From the NCBI GenBank assembly GCA_040755995.1, contig JBFMAF010000024.1:288001-352000 (forward strand): a stretch of DNA of 64,000 nucleotides. The letters run 5' to 3'. Under the pieces are notes generated by a model. The model was given only the letters and a program-made list of their open reading frames with translations. It made no database searches and was not told the origin of the DNA. Source of the DNA: Acidobacteriota bacterium (GTDB lineage: Bacteria > Acidobacteriota > CAIWXX01). The first letter of the stretch is position 1; each line of letters begins with the position of its first letter. The translations under genes were made by a program, and so were the position numbers. Below are positions 1 to 10,206 of the stretch, piece by piece.

Positions 1-1
1 G

Positions 2-1594
2 GCCGCCGTGCAAGAGCCACTCCTCCGGAAGGCTCAAGCAGAAGTCGACGAGGCCGGCGTCTAGGAACGGCATTCTCCCCTCGATGCTGAAGTGCATCAT
101 CAGCCTGTCTTCCTTGACGAGGAGGTCGCCGGACAGGTAGGTGAGGAAGTCCGCGACCAGAGCCTCGTGCAGCGTGGGGTGATGAGGAAGCCGGCGCAGA
201 ATCGAGCCCTGGAGCTCCTCGGGACTCATGGCGGCCCGTTCGATCGCCGGCGATGAGAAGAGATCCAGAAGGATGCTCTCCCCGATCGGCCTCAGCGTCG
301 CCAGATAGCGGTTCTGCGCCGACTCGGACAGGCTCCGCAGGAAGCGCCGGGCGAGAAGGATCTCTTCGAGAAAGGAGGTCCTTCTGGTCGCGGGAAGCAG
401 ACCCAGGCATGCGTGTGCAGATCGGATCAGGAACCCGGGCACCCAGCGAACGTGGTGCCGCAGTCGTTCGAGGTGATACTTGCGATACCCCGCGAGCACA
501 TCATCGGCGCCGGTGCCCGTGAGCACCACCTTGACCTGTTCGGAGGCGATCTTCGCCAGGTAGTAAGTGGGGATCGCCGAAGCGTCGGCGAACGGTTCGT
601 CAAAGACCGTCGTCAAGAGCGGCAGCACCGACTTGGCGTCTGGTGTGACGTCATACGACCGATGGTTGGTCCTGAAGCGGGATGCCACCGCCTCCGCATG
701 CGGCCTCTCGTCGTACTGGCCCATGCCAGGGAAACCTATCGAAAACGTCCGTATGTTGCGGAACCCCAGCTCGTCCATGGCCGCCACAAGGCACGAGCTG
801 TCGAGGCCACCGCTGAGGAACACTCCAAGCTCCACGTCGCTCCTGCAGTGCACCCGCACCGCATCGCTCAGCTTCGCCGCGAATTCGTGCTCGACTTCGA
901 TTGGATGACCTGGCACGGGCGGCGCGGTCCAGAACGGCCGGATCACGACCGTGCCTTCGCGCCACCGCAGACAGGTGCCCTGTTCCAGCTTCCGGACCCC
1001 CTGATAGATAGTGCGATCATGAGGCACGTAGCCGAGGTCGAAGAATTGAAATGTGGACTGAAGGTCGAGCGCGAGCGCGGGAAGAAGCACGCGCAGGGCC
1101 TTCAGCTCGGAGGCGAACAGGAGCGTGCCGCCGCCGGCTGCGTAGTAGAGCGGCTTCATCCCGGCGCGATCGCGGGCCAGCACGAGCTCGCGCCGATCTT
1201 CGTCCCAGATTGCGATCGCGAACATGCCGTCGAGACGCGCGAAGCAGTCGCCACCGAGCTCCTCGTACAGGTGGACGACGGCCTCCGTGTCGCTGCTGCT
1301 CCTGAACGCGTGCCTGCCTTCCAGCTCTCGCCGGATCTCGACGTAGTTGTAGATCTCGCCGTTGAAGACCACGTGAACGGTACCGGTCTCGTTTGCCAAC
1401 GGCTGCCTGGCGGCCGGGCTCAGATCGATGATCGAGAGCCGGCGATGATAGACGCGGACGCGACAGTCCGCCAGGTCCCGGCCGATTGAGCCGCAGTCAT
1501 CCGGGCCGCGATGCCGCAGACAGAGCGAAGCCCGCTCGAACGCCTCCTCAGACGGCAGCGCTCCAATCGAAACGGCGCCCACGATGCCACACAA
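2..1594 (-). CDS. asnB: Asparagine synthase (glutamine-hydrolysing) family amidotransferase, 3' end runs off the window
   Basis: TTG start after GAGG gives the N-terminal MCGIVG (Ntn Cys). Reverse translation shows RRLSIIDL, NGEIYN, RLDGMFA, RDRAGMKP, LSGGLDSS and SIEGRMPF motifs. Absent from the ORF track because there is no stop in the window. Confidence 0.9.
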   Translation of the reverse strand, partial: MCGIVGAVSIGALPSEEAFERASLCLRHRGPDDCGSIGRDLADCRVRVYHRRLSIIDLSPAARQPLANETGTVHVVFNGEIYNYVEIRRELEGRHAFRSSSDTEAVVHLYEELGGDCFARLDGMFAIAIWDEDRRELVLARDRAGMKPLYYAAGGGTLLFASELKALRVLLPALALDLQSTFQFFDLGYVPHDRTIYQGVRKLEQGTCLRWREGTVVIRPFWTAPPVPGHPIEVEHEFAAKLSDAVRVHCRSDVELGVFLSGGLDSSCLVAAMDELGFRNIRTFSIGFPGMGQYDERPHAEAVASRFRTNHRSYDVTPDAKSVLPLLTTVFDEPFADASAIPTYYLAKIASEQVKVVLTGTGADDVLAGYRKYHLERLRHHVRWVPGFLIRSAHACLGLLPATRRTSFLEEILLARRFLRSLSESAQNRYLATLRPIGESILLDLFSSPAIERAAMSPEELQGSILRRLPHHPTLHEALVADFLTYLSGDLLVKEDRLMMHFSIEGRMPFLDAGLVDFCLSLPEEWLLHGG

Positions 1595-1723
1595 GTCAGT
1601 CCTCGCCCCAGCCCTGCTCTTGTGCAGCCGCTTCCGTCGAAGTCACAAGCCGAGTCTAAGCCCCGGCTCGCGCACGTGTCAACGTTCAGACGCAGATCTC
1701 CGCGTCGACCCCCTCGGCCCGTT

Positions 1724-1752
1724 TTGACCTTGGAATATGCCTGAGCTATGAT
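1724..1752 (+). promoter_or_regulatory. Putative sigma70 promoter for the response regulator at 1803
   Basis: TTGACC-N17-TATGAT. Confidence 0.6.
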
Positions 1753-1802
1753 TGACGGTCGTTCGAACGTTACACACTGGTTCTGGCGGAGGGTGATTCT
1801 CA

Positions 1803-2174
1803 ATGCCGAAGATCCTGCTGGTCGAAGATAATGAGATGAACCGGGACATGCTCTCGCGGCGCTTGATGCGGAAGGGCTATGAGGTCGTCATGGCCGTCGA
1901 TGGAGCGCAGGGAGTCGCCATGGCGCAATCAGAACTGCCGTCGCTCATTCTCATGGACATGAGCCTGCCGGAAGTGGATGGGTGGGAGGCATCTCGGCGA
2001 CTGAAGGCCAAGGCCGAGACACAAGCTATCCCTATCATCGCGTTGACTGCGCACGCGATGTCCGGCGACCGGGAGAAGGCGCTCGAAGCCGGATGCGATG
2101 ACTACGACACCAAGCCGATCGAGATGCCGCGGTTGTTGGGCAAGATCGAGGCGCTGCTGAACCAGCGCGCGTAG
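1803..2174 (+). CDS. Single-domain response regulator (DivK-like)
   Basis: KILLVEDN, ILMDMSLP, ALTAHAM, TKPI; GGAGG RBS. Confidence 0.92.
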   Translation: MPKILLVEDNEMNRDMLSRRLMRKGYEVVMAVDGAQGVAMAQSELPSLILMDMSLPEVDGWEASRRLKAKAETQAIPIIALTAHAMSGDREKALEAGCDDYDTKPIEMPRLLGKIEALLNQRA

Positions 2175-2256
2175 TTTGCGGGACCGCTGATCGGGCTGTC
2201 GCGATCGACGTCGTAATCGATGCGACGCGGTCACGCCAACGAACCCGATCCCCGGG

Positions 2257-2362
2257 GTCGGCATCGGCATCTATTCGTTCGGTTCCTGCCAAAGTGTGGT
2301 CGTCGCGTGGGCCATCTCGATTCCGGCTCCGGAACGGAACCGATCCCGATGCCGATTCCGAC
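2257..2362. repeat. Imperfect inverted repeat built from hexamer units
   Basis: GTCGGCATCGGCATC..TCGGTTCC pairs with GGAACCGATCCCGATGCCGATTCCGAC. Confidence 0.6.
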
Positions 2363-2468
2363 ACACGTGCCGATCCGCGGAGGGAGGCAGCGGCTCTTGA
2401 TGTCGGGCGAGTGCAGGAGTATTCTCTCCTCAGCCCGGAATTTCAGACTGGGCCTGAGGGAGGTGTCC

Positions 2469-3716
2469 GTGGCCGAGTCCAGTTCACGCGCGAAGCGTGC
2501 CCAGGCGCTGGCCCAGATTCGACGATCCGTCCGTGAATCCGGTCCGCGCCTCACGCAGCTCCTGGACCAGCTCGATGCCGCCAGGTTGGAGCTGCGCAGG
2601 GCCGCCCACTCGCTCGTCGGCAAGGCACCAATGGCGGGTCTGGAAATGGTCGGGAAGCTGGCGGCCGAACTGGAGGGCACGCTCGCTGCGCCGGAGCCGT
2701 GGGCCGGTATGCGGGACACGGCGGCACACCTCGTGGCTGCCGCCTCGGTCGTGAACGAAGAAGCCCCCGAAACGGGTGTCGCCGCAGAGCCGGGGGCGAT
2801 CAGCGATACGCCACCGAAGCCGCCCGAGGGAATCCTCGTGGCGATGGACGATGACGCGGATCTTCTGCAGCTCATCCAGGCGGCCTTTCAGGCATCAGGC
2901 TGGGAAGTGCGGACCGCCAGCACGGTCGCGCAATTGGACGCCGTGCTCGCGTCGAAGACCCCCAGTGGAATCATCCTCGACGTTGAGATGCCTGAAGTGA
3001 GCGGCTTCGATCTCTTCCTCCGCCTGCGCGAGAGGCCTGAATTGAAAGAGATCCCCGTGATGTTTCTCACATCGAGGGCGGATCCAAAGGATGTGATGGC
3101 TGGACTCGGCATGGGATCCGATGACTACCTGGTGAAGCCGATACAAATGGAGGAGCTGGTGGGCAGGGTCGTGAATCGCGTGGAGAATCTGGCCATGCTT
3201 CGCCGTCAGGCCCGGCGCGACATGTTGACCGGCCTCGCCAACCGGCGCGCCATGGAGGAAGAGCTGCTTGCCTTCTCGGCCAGACACCGGAGACATTCGG
3301 AGCCGATGGCGGTCGCCATGCTGGACATGGATCACTTCAAACGCATCAACGACACGTTCGGGCACGCGGTCGGCGATGTCGTACTGAAGGAGACGGCTCA
3401 CCGCCTGGCGACGGGGATGCGACAGTCGGACCTGTGCGGACGATGGGGCGGCGAGGAGTTCCTTGTGCTTTTTCCATACACGCCTCTCGAGCCGGCCGTG
3501 GAAGTGATCGATCGTCTCAGGCGCGACGTCGGCAGGGAACCAATGAAGGTGTCGGAGACACTGAACCTCACGGTAACGTTTTCGGCGGGGGTGGCTGCCG
3601 GGGTTCCCGGGGATGAGAATGCGCGGCAGCTGGTAGAGGCGGCCGACGTGGCATGTTACAGGGCGAAGCAACTCGGCCGGAATCGAGTGGTCTCGGCTGC
3701 AGACAGCCCCGAGTGA
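2469..3716 (+). CDS. Hpt-REC-GGDEF diguanylate cyclase
   Basis: RRAAHSLVG (Hpt-like), receiver with ILDVEMP, DMLTGLANRR, RQSD I-site, GGEEF. Start chosen at the GTG after GGAGG; the ORF is open from 2220. Confidence 0.88.
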   Translation: MAESSSRAKRAQALAQIRRSVRESGPRLTQLLDQLDAARLELRRAAHSLVGKAPMAGLEMVGKLAAELEGTLAAPEPWAGMRDTAAHLVAAASVVNEEAPETGVAAEPGAISDTPPKPPEGILVAMDDDADLLQLIQAAFQASGWEVRTASTVAQLDAVLASKTPSGIILDVEMPEVSGFDLFLRLRERPELKEIPVMFLTSRADPKDVMAGLGMGSDDYLVKPIQMEELVGRVVNRVENLAMLRRQARRDMLTGLANRRAMEEELLAFSARHRRHSEPMAVAMLDMDHFKRINDTFGHAVGDVVLKETAHRLATGMRQSDLCGRWGGEEFLVLFPYTPLEPAVEVIDRLRRDVGREPMKVSETLNLTVTFSAGVAAGVPGDENARQLVEAADVACYRAKQLGRNRVVSAADSPE

Positions 3717-3793
3717 CACCGAGATGGTGGGCGCGAGTCGAATCCGTAGAGCCGGCGTGCGCCGCGGCGCCGTCCTCTGATGGAGCTTGCGTC

Positions 3794-4186
3794 ATGAAGC
3801 TCCGAGTGCTCCTGGCAGACGACGATGCCGATCTGCGGTTTCTGACTGCCTGCACTTTGGAAGACGAAGGGTGGGAGGTGACAGGTGTTCCGAACGGAAG
3901 GGAGGCGATCGAGCGGCTTCGCCAGGGGGCATTCGATCTGGTCATCCTGGATGCCCAGATGCCCGTGATGGACGGATTCGAGGCTTACGAACTGATCAGG
4001 CAGGACGCGCTGTTCAGCGCGATCCCTATAATGTTCCTCACCGCTCAATCGACACTCGCGCAACTCGCCGAGCTAGGGGCCGGTCTGGCCGGTCACATCA
4101 AGAAGCCGTACGACGTCGATACGCTGGCTCGCCAGATCGAGGCGCTGCTCCAGAAGGCTCGACCCGGGCCTGACTCGCCCGGCTAG
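3794..4186 (+). CDS. Single-domain response regulator
   Basis: RVLLADDD, ILDAQMP, FLTA, KP. Confidence 0.85.
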   Translation: MKLRVLLADDDADLRFLTACTLEDEGWEVTGVPNGREAIERLRQGAFDLVILDAQMPVMDGFEAYELIRQDALFSAIPIMFLTAQSTLAQLAELGAGLAGHIKKPYDVDTLARQIEALLQKARPGPDSPG

Positions 4187-5283
4187 CTGTCCGTCCCGGC
4201 GCCCCGGGCAGCAAGAGGCAGCCTGAACCAGAAGCAGGCGCCTCCGCTCTCGTTATTCTTCACACCGATATCGCCGCCGTGGAGATCGACGAGCTGCTTG
4301 CTGATGGCCAGTCCCAGTCCACTGCTCCTCTCGCCGCCGGTGGGCTTGTTGCTGAGGCGGGCGTACTTCGTGAACACCTTCTTCATGTCCTCATCGGTGA
4401 GCCCCGGTCCAGTATCGCTAACCTCGATCCTCGCGTACGCACCATCCATGCGCGTCCTGACCGTGGCTCGGGATCCCGGCGGGCAGAACTTGATAGCGTT
4501 GCCAACCAGATTCTGCACGACCTGAGAAAGGCGAGGGCCATCGGCATCTGTGGGCGGCAGAGACGGATCGAGGTCCAGAGAGAGTGTGATCTCCTTCTCG
4601 GCCGCAGATTGGGCGTTAGCCTTCACCGCCTCCTCTGCCATCTGGTTGAGATCCGTCGCAGTCAATGCGAGAGTCAGCCGTCCATCCTGAAGGGCATGGA
4701 AATCCAGGAAATCCTCGATCATCCGCTGCATCCGGGCCGCACCGCGCGAGATGAGGCCGACCATCTGGAAGGCATCCTCGGTCATGACCGAACCGGGGGG
4801 GACCATCTTCTTGAGCATCTTGGCGCTGCCGAGCACGATTGTGAGCGGGTTCTGGAGGTCGTGGCTCGCGATCTTCATGAAATCGTCCTTCAACTGAGCC
4901 AGCCGCCTCAGCGAGAGCTGCGTCTCCACGCGCGCCATCACGACCGGGAAATCCAGGGGCTTGGTGGCATAGTCGTTGGCGCCGTCCTGAAATCCGGCAA
5001 CGACGTCTTCGCTGCGATCCTTCGCCGTCACCATGATGACCGGAAGATCCACGGGCGACTGTGTCTGCCTGATAATCTTGAGGACTTCGATCCCGCTCAT
5101 CCCAGGCATCATCACGTCCAGCAGAATCAAATCGAACTTCTGTTCGTGGGCCATCTCGATTGCCTGCGGCCCGTCTTCCGCCAGGGTCACCACACACCCC
5201 CGGCGTTCGAGCCTGCGGCGCAGGAGGTCTCGGTTGGCTTCGTCGTCATCGACTACGAGAATATGGCCTTTCAGCGGTTTCAT
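4183..5283 (-). CDS. Hybrid sensor kinase REC-HisKA-HATPase
   Basis: N-terminal receiver; SHDLQNPL H-box; NLVGNAIKF, DTGPG, GLGLAI. Confidence 0.92.
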   Translation of the reverse strand: MKPLKGHILVVDDDEANRDLLRRRLERRGCVVTLAEDGPQAIEMAHEQKFDLILLDVMMPGMSGIEVLKIIRQTQSPVDLPVIMVTAKDRSEDVVAGFQDGANDYATKPLDFPVVMARVETQLSLRRLAQLKDDFMKIASHDLQNPLTIVLGSAKMLKKMVPPGSVMTEDAFQMVGLISRGAARMQRMIEDFLDFHALQDGRLTLALTATDLNQMAEEAVKANAQSAAEKEITLSLDLDPSLPPTDADGPRLSQVVQNLVGNAIKFCPPGSRATVRTRMDGAYARIEVSDTGPGLTDEDMKKVFTKYARLSNKPTGGERSSGLGLAISKQLVDLHGGDIGVKNNESGGACFWFRLPLAARGAGTDS

Positions 5284-5326
5284 CGACGTCTATCCCCGCA
5301 ACAGGCGCGCCAACATCTTGCCTTCG

Positions 5327-5355
5327 AAATTACCCGGTTCAACCCCGTATGTCAA
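5327..5355 (-). promoter_or_regulatory. Putative sigma70 promoter for the hybrid kinase
   Basis: TTGACA-N17-TAATTT on the minus strand. Confidence 0.4.
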
Positions 5356-5473
5356 ACCAGGTGTGAACCTGGACCATTGAACGGCGGTGCCGCCACAAGG
5401 GAGCGGGAGATCAGTCCATTGTTCCCGGCGGCAAATGGGTGCTATGTTGCGCGTACAGGAGGAGCCGGTTCCC

Positions 5474-5686
5474 ATGCACTACATCGTGAGCGAGCAAGGC
5501 GATTTCGGCCAGGTAGCCAGGTTGGACTGGCTGCATCATCGCAGGGCGGTCGGGCGAGTCAGCTGCCTTCCTCGGCATGACGACGCTCACCCGGCCCCGT
5601 CAGCCGCACTGTCGCGACGGGCCGTCCGTGTGTTAGCATTCGCCGTCGATCGCCTACGTGCGAAAGTAGATGCCTATGAAACCTGA
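5474..5686 (+). CDS. Possible small hypothetical protein (70 aa)
   Basis: AGGAGG upstream of ATG in an otherwise empty 450-bp gap; no recognisable motif. Confidence 0.25.
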   Translation: MHYIVSEQGDFGQVARLDWLHHRRAVGRVSCLPRHDDAHPAPSAALSRRAVRVLAFAVDRLRAKVDAYET

Positions 5687-5742
5687 GGAGCGAGGCCGTC
5701 AGCCGGGGATCATCTGCCCTTCGAGTAGCAGGTAGAAGAGAA

Positions 5743-6624
5743 ATGCGGGCTCTGATTCTGGGCGTAACGGGCATGCTGGGACACCGGCTCTGGCTGGCCT
5801 TCCAGCGGCGCTTCGAGACGTGGGGAACGCTGAGGGGGGATTACGCAGGCATGACTCACCGCGAGCTGTTCGACCCGGCCCGGCTGGCCGAGCGCGTGCG
5901 CGCGGACGAGATTGGCACGGTGGAGCGCGCTCTGCTGGAGGTCCGGCCCGACGTGGTGATCAATTGCATAGGGGCCTTGAAACAGAGGGCGTCTGGGAGG
6001 GACCCGGTTGCGAGCATCTCGCTCAATGCCCTGTTCCCGCACCTGCTGGCGAATCTTTGCCAACGCGGCTGCATTCGCCTCATCCACATCAGCACGGACT
6101 GCGTATTCTCCGGCCGAAAGGGCATGTACCGCGAAACGGATCCGGCCGACGCCGAGGACCTATACGGCAGGACGAAGCTGCTCGGCGAGCTGAGCGGCCC
6201 GGGGTGCCTTACGCTTCGCACCTCTTTCATAGGGCGGGAGCTCGGCACTGCCCATGGCCTGCTGGAATGGTTTCTGTCCAACAGTGGAGGCCGGGTGCCA
6301 GGCTACCGGCGCGGTGTCTTCTCCGGGTTCACCACGCAGGCGTTCGCAGAGATTCTCTGCGAAGTGGTGGATAGGCATCGCGAAATCGCCGGTTTGTACC
6401 ACGTGTCTTCCGAGCCGATCAGCAAGTTCGAGCTGCTCCACATGGTCCGTCGGGCGCTGAACGTGGACATCGAAATTGAGCCCGATGACTCAGTCCAATA
6501 TGACCGGAGCCTGGACGGCACGCGCTTCCGGCAGACGGTTGGCATGAATCTGCCCAGTTGGTCTGATATGATGGCAGACCTGATGAACGAACCAGCGGAC
6601 TACTATCGGTCGAGGCAAGGTTGA
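5743..6624 (+). CDS. RmlD-like NAD(P)-dependent 4-reductase (QnlA/WbvR-like)
   Basis: GVTGMLG, ISTDCVFSG, YGRTK. Confidence 0.85.
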   Translation: MRALILGVTGMLGHRLWLAFQRRFETWGTLRGDYAGMTHRELFDPARLAERVRADEIGTVERALLEVRPDVVINCIGALKQRASGRDPVASISLNALFPHLLANLCQRGCIRLIHISTDCVFSGRKGMYRETDPADAEDLYGRTKLLGELSGPGCLTLRTSFIGRELGTAHGLLEWFLSNSGGRVPGYRRGVFSGFTTQAFAEILCEVVDRHREIAGLYHVSSEPISKFELLHMVRRALNVDIEIEPDDSVQYDRSLDGTRFRQTVGMNLPSWSDMMADLMNEPADYYRSRQG

Positions 6625-6625
6625 C

Positions 6626-7672
6626 GTGTTCCTCGACGGAAAGCGAGTTCTCGTAACCGGAGGCACCGGCTCGCTCGGGCGCGCACTCGTGCGGCGCCTG
6701 CTCGACGGTGCGTCGGGGAGACCGGAGTTCGTGGCGGTGTTCTCGCGCGACGAAGCGAAGCAGCAAGACATGCGCCTCGACTACCTCAGGCGCATCGCGG
6801 CCACAGACGACATCGTATACCGGCACTCGCACGACAAGCTGAGATTCCAGATCGGCGACATCCGCGACTACGCGTCGGTCGTCCGTGCCTTGCGCGACGC
6901 GGACGTAGTGATTCACGCGGCGGCTCTCAAGCAGGTGCCCGTCTGCGAGTATTTCCCGGCCGAAGCCGTACACACCAATGTGCTTGGCGCTCAGAACCTG
7001 GTCAGGGCGGTCCGCGAGCAACAGGCGAAGGTGCAGGTCGTCGTCGGAGTCTCCACGGACAAGGCATGCAAGCCGATCAACGTCATGGGGATGACGAAGG
7101 CACTGATGGAACGCATCCTCGTCGAAGCCAATGCCAGCGTCTCGGGAACCCGCTTCGTGGCAGTCCGCTACGGAAACGTCATCGGCTCGCGAGGGTCCGT
7201 CATACCGCTCTTTCTCCAACAGATCGCCTCGGGCGGACCCGTGACGGTGACGCTCCGGGAGATGACCCGATTCTTCATCAGCATGGACCGGGCCGTGGAC
7301 ACCGTATTCGCGGCGTTGCTGACCGCGCGGCCCGGCGAGACGATCGTACCGAAACTCCCGTCGGCCCGAGTCCTGGACGTTGCGGCGGCGTTGATGGATG
7401 GGCGGGAGGTGCCGATCGTATTCACCGGCATCCGGCCGGGCGAGAAGGTGCATGAGATCCTGGTCTCGCAGGAGGAGTCGTATCGCACGGCCGAGCGCGA
7501 CGGCTATTACGTGATCTCGCCGATGCTTCCGGAGCTCGCGCCGGGAGCAGTCGAGAATCGGATTCCGTCTCAGGAGTACTCCTCCGCCTGCGGCACGCTC
7601 GATCTCAGCGCCGTTCGCGAGCTGATTCTGACCCAAGCCGCTCGGAGCAGCACCAAAGGAGACGTAGGATGA
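6626..7672 (+). CDS. UDP-GlcNAc 4,6-dehydratase/epimerase (FnlA/CapE-like)
   Basis: TGGTGSLG, FSRDEAKQ, HAAALKQVP, STDKA, RYGNV, GIRPGEK. Confidence 0.88.
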   Translation: MFLDGKRVLVTGGTGSLGRALVRRLLDGASGRPEFVAVFSRDEAKQQDMRLDYLRRIAATDDIVYRHSHDKLRFQIGDIRDYASVVRALRDADVVIHAAALKQVPVCEYFPAEAVHTNVLGAQNLVRAVREQQAKVQVVVGVSTDKACKPINVMGMTKALMERILVEANASVSGTRFVAVRYGNVIGSRGSVIPLFLQQIASGGPVTVTLREMTRFFISMDRAVDTVFAALLTARPGETIVPKLPSARVLDVAAALMDGREVPIVFTGIRPGEKVHEILVSQEESYRTAERDGYYVISPMLPELAPGAVENRIPSQEYSSACGTLDLSAVRELILTQAARSSTKGDVG

Positions 7673-8775
7673 AGGTAATGACCCTTTTCGGGACGCGGCC
7701 CGAAATCATCCGCCTGAGCCAGGTCATCAGGCAGCTAGATCGTCTCTGCGAGCACACCGTGCTGCACACCGGGCAGAATCACGATCCTCTACTCAGCGAC
7801 ATCTTCTTCGAGGAGCTAGCCCTGCGCCGTCCCGACGTCCATCTCGGGATTCGGGCGGCCTCCGCGGCGGATCAGATCGGCCAGATAGTGGCGAAGGCGG
7901 GGGAGGTGCTGGAACGGGTCGCGCCGGACCGGCTGCTGATTCTCGGAGACACCAACAGCGGGCTGGCGGCCATTCCGGCGGCTCGCCTGGGGATCCCCGT
8001 GTACCACATGGAGGCCGGGAACCGCTGCTACGACGCGCGCGTCCCGGAAGAGGTCAACCGTCGAATCATCGACCACTGCAGCGCAGTGCTCATGCCCTAC
8101 ACCCACCGAAGCAAGGAAAACCTGCTGCGGGAGGGGATCGAGCGTGACCGGATCTTCGTAGTAGGCAACCCGATCTTCGAGGTGCTGAGCGGGTTCATGG
8201 AGAAGATTCAGGCGAGCGACATCACGGAGCGGCTTGGGCTGGAGCGTCGCGGGTACTTCCTTGCGACGATGCACCGGTCGGAGAACGTGGACAATCCTCA
8301 ACGGCTCGCGCTGCTGCTGGACGGTCTCTCACGGGTTGCCGAGAGCTACAAGCAGCCGGTGCTCATGAGCGTTCATCCGCACACCGCAGACCAGCTCGAG
8401 CGGCACACCCTGCACCCGCTCTCCAGCCGCGTGCTCCTGATCCGTCCGCTCGGGTTCCTCGATTTCGTGCGACTGGAGAGAGGAGCGCGGGCGGTCCTCT
8501 CGGATAGCGGTACGGTGCAGGAGGAGTGCGCGATTCTGAGCGTACCCAACGTGACCATACGCGATGTGACGGAGAGGCCCGAGACCATCGAATGCGGGGC
8601 AACGATCGTGAGCGGGGCGGAACCCGCTGACATTCTCCGCAGGACCGAGCTGGCCCTCGCTCTGCCAGCCGCTTGGTCGCCACCGCCCGAATACATAGTG
8701 CCCAATGTGTCCGCCGCCGTGACAAAGGTCGTCCTGGGCCACCAGGGTACGACACGTCAGCTGAAGAGCTTCTGA
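7669..8775 (+). CDS. UDP-N-acetylhexosamine 2-epimerase (FnlC/QnlB/WecB family)
   Basis: GTRPEIIR, GDTNS, HMEAGNR, PEEVNR, DSGTVQEE, TERPE. Confidence 0.9.
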   Translation: MKVMTLFGTRPEIIRLSQVIRQLDRLCEHTVLHTGQNHDPLLSDIFFEELALRRPDVHLGIRAASAADQIGQIVAKAGEVLERVAPDRLLILGDTNSGLAAIPAARLGIPVYHMEAGNRCYDARVPEEVNRRIIDHCSAVLMPYTHRSKENLLREGIERDRIFVVGNPIFEVLSGFMEKIQASDITERLGLERRGYFLATMHRSENVDNPQRLALLLDGLSRVAESYKQPVLMSVHPHTADQLERHTLHPLSSRVLLIRPLGFLDFVRLERGARAVLSDSGTVQEECAILSVPNVTIRDVTERPETIECGATIVSGAEPADILRRTELALALPAAWSPPPEYIVPNVSAAVTKVVLGHQGTTRQLKSF

Positions 8776-8808
8776 GGGGAACTGCTGCTCCCGGCACGAC
8801 CCCATCGG

Positions 8809-10071
8809 ATGATGCGAATCCTGGTTCTGTCGCAGTACTACAGACCCGAACCGATTGCGAAGCCGCCTGAACTGGCGGAGGCTTTGCAGGGGCGCGGCCA
8901 CCGGGTCTCCGCTCTCACCAGCTTCCCGAACTACCCGAGCGGCAAATTGCACTCCGGATACCGCCTGAAGCTCATGCAGCGTGAGGTGATCGCCGGCATC
9001 CCCGTGCTGCGAGCATTGACGTTCCCGTACCACGGCCGCCGCGCATCCGGCCGAATTCTCAACTACGCCTCCTTCGCGCTGTTCGCAACCCTGGTAGGGT
9101 TTGTTGCGCCCCCCTGTGACATCATCTATGTATGGCACCCGCCGCTCACGATCGGAATAGCAGCCTGGCTTGTAGCGCGGTTCCGGCGCGTCCCGTTCGT
9201 CTACGACGTGCAGGACATTTGGCCCGAGAGCGTGACACTGTCCGGAGTGGTCCGGCCGGGTAGCTGGCTGCTGTCCACGATGTCCGCGCTCGAGAGATTC
9301 GTGTACGCTCGCGCCGATCATCTGATCGTGGTGACCGAAGGGGCGCGTCAGAACTTGATCACCAAAGGAGTTCCGGCCACGAAGGTGTCTGTGCTTCCGC
9401 ACTGGGTGGACGATCGGCTGTTCGATGCTGTCGGCCGGGAGCAGGTGCGGCTGGTGCGGGAAACCTACGCGTGGGGCTCGCGGTTTGTCGCGCTCTTCGC
9501 CGGGAATATCGGTTTGCTGCAAGGCCTGGAAACACTGGTTCGAGCTGCCGCCGAGCTGCCACCTGATGCCGGTGTGCTCCTGGTGCTGGTCGGCGATGGC
9601 ACCGACAAGAGCCGTCTCGAGAAACTTGCCATCGAGATCGGGGCGACGGATCGGGTCCAGTTCATCGAGCAACAGCCGCCCGACAGAATGCCTGCGCTCA
9701 TGGCCGCGGCGGATGTTCTGCTGGTTCATCTCAAGCGGTCTGCGATGTCCCACCACGTCATTCCCACCAAGACACTCGCCTACATGGCGGCTGGGAAGCC
9801 GCTGCTGATGGCCATGGAGGGCGCCGCTGCAGATCTCGCCAGAGCCTCGGGCGCCGGCACGCCAGTTCCACCGGAGGAGCCGGGTGCACTCGCAAGGGCT
9901 ATGCTCGCGTTGAGATCGATGGACGCAGGGGAGCGAGAAGCGATGGGATCCCGAGGGCGGGAGTACGTGAGGGTGCACCTGTCCCGGGACAAGGTCGTTC
10001 CTCAATACGAGGCGCTGTTCCAGCGCATGGTCGATGCGCGCGCCGACCGTAGCTCTTCGCGGCATCCGTGA
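8809..10071 (+). CDS. GT4 glycosyltransferase (WbuB-like)
   Basis: FPNYPSG, DVQDIWPE, AGNIGLLQGL, IPTK..YMAAGKP. Confidence 0.88.
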   Translation: MMRILVLSQYYRPEPIAKPPELAEALQGRGHRVSALTSFPNYPSGKLHSGYRLKLMQREVIAGIPVLRALTFPYHGRRASGRILNYASFALFATLVGFVAPPCDIIYVWHPPLTIGIAAWLVARFRRVPFVYDVQDIWPESVTLSGVVRPGSWLLSTMSALERFVYARADHLIVVTEGARQNLITKGVPATKVSVLPHWVDDRLFDAVGREQVRLVRETYAWGSRFVALFAGNIGLLQGLETLVRAAAELPPDAGVLLVLVGDGTDKSRLEKLAIEIGATDRVQFIEQQPPDRMPALMAAADVLLVHLKRSAMSHHVIPTKTLAYMAAGKPLLMAMEGAAADLARASGAGTPVPPEEPGALARAMLALRSMDAGEREAMGSRGREYVRVHLSRDKVVPQYEALFQRMVDARADRSSSRHP

Positions 10072-10206
10072 TAGACTCGAACGGAGCAGATGCCGTGATG
10101 CGCATACACGGAGAGCGGGAAGTGGCACCGCGCGGTTCTGCGCGTCTCCTCCTCACGGCCGCTCCGCGTCCGTTGCGAAACGCCCCGCTTTCGCTCGGAT
10201 CAAGCC

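Noticed and set aside
413..1489. Long plus-strand ORF, and similar ones such as 8329-10128, 25202-26770 and 39830-41074
   Set aside because: These are antisense shadows of clear genes, expected at high GC, and carry no motifs.
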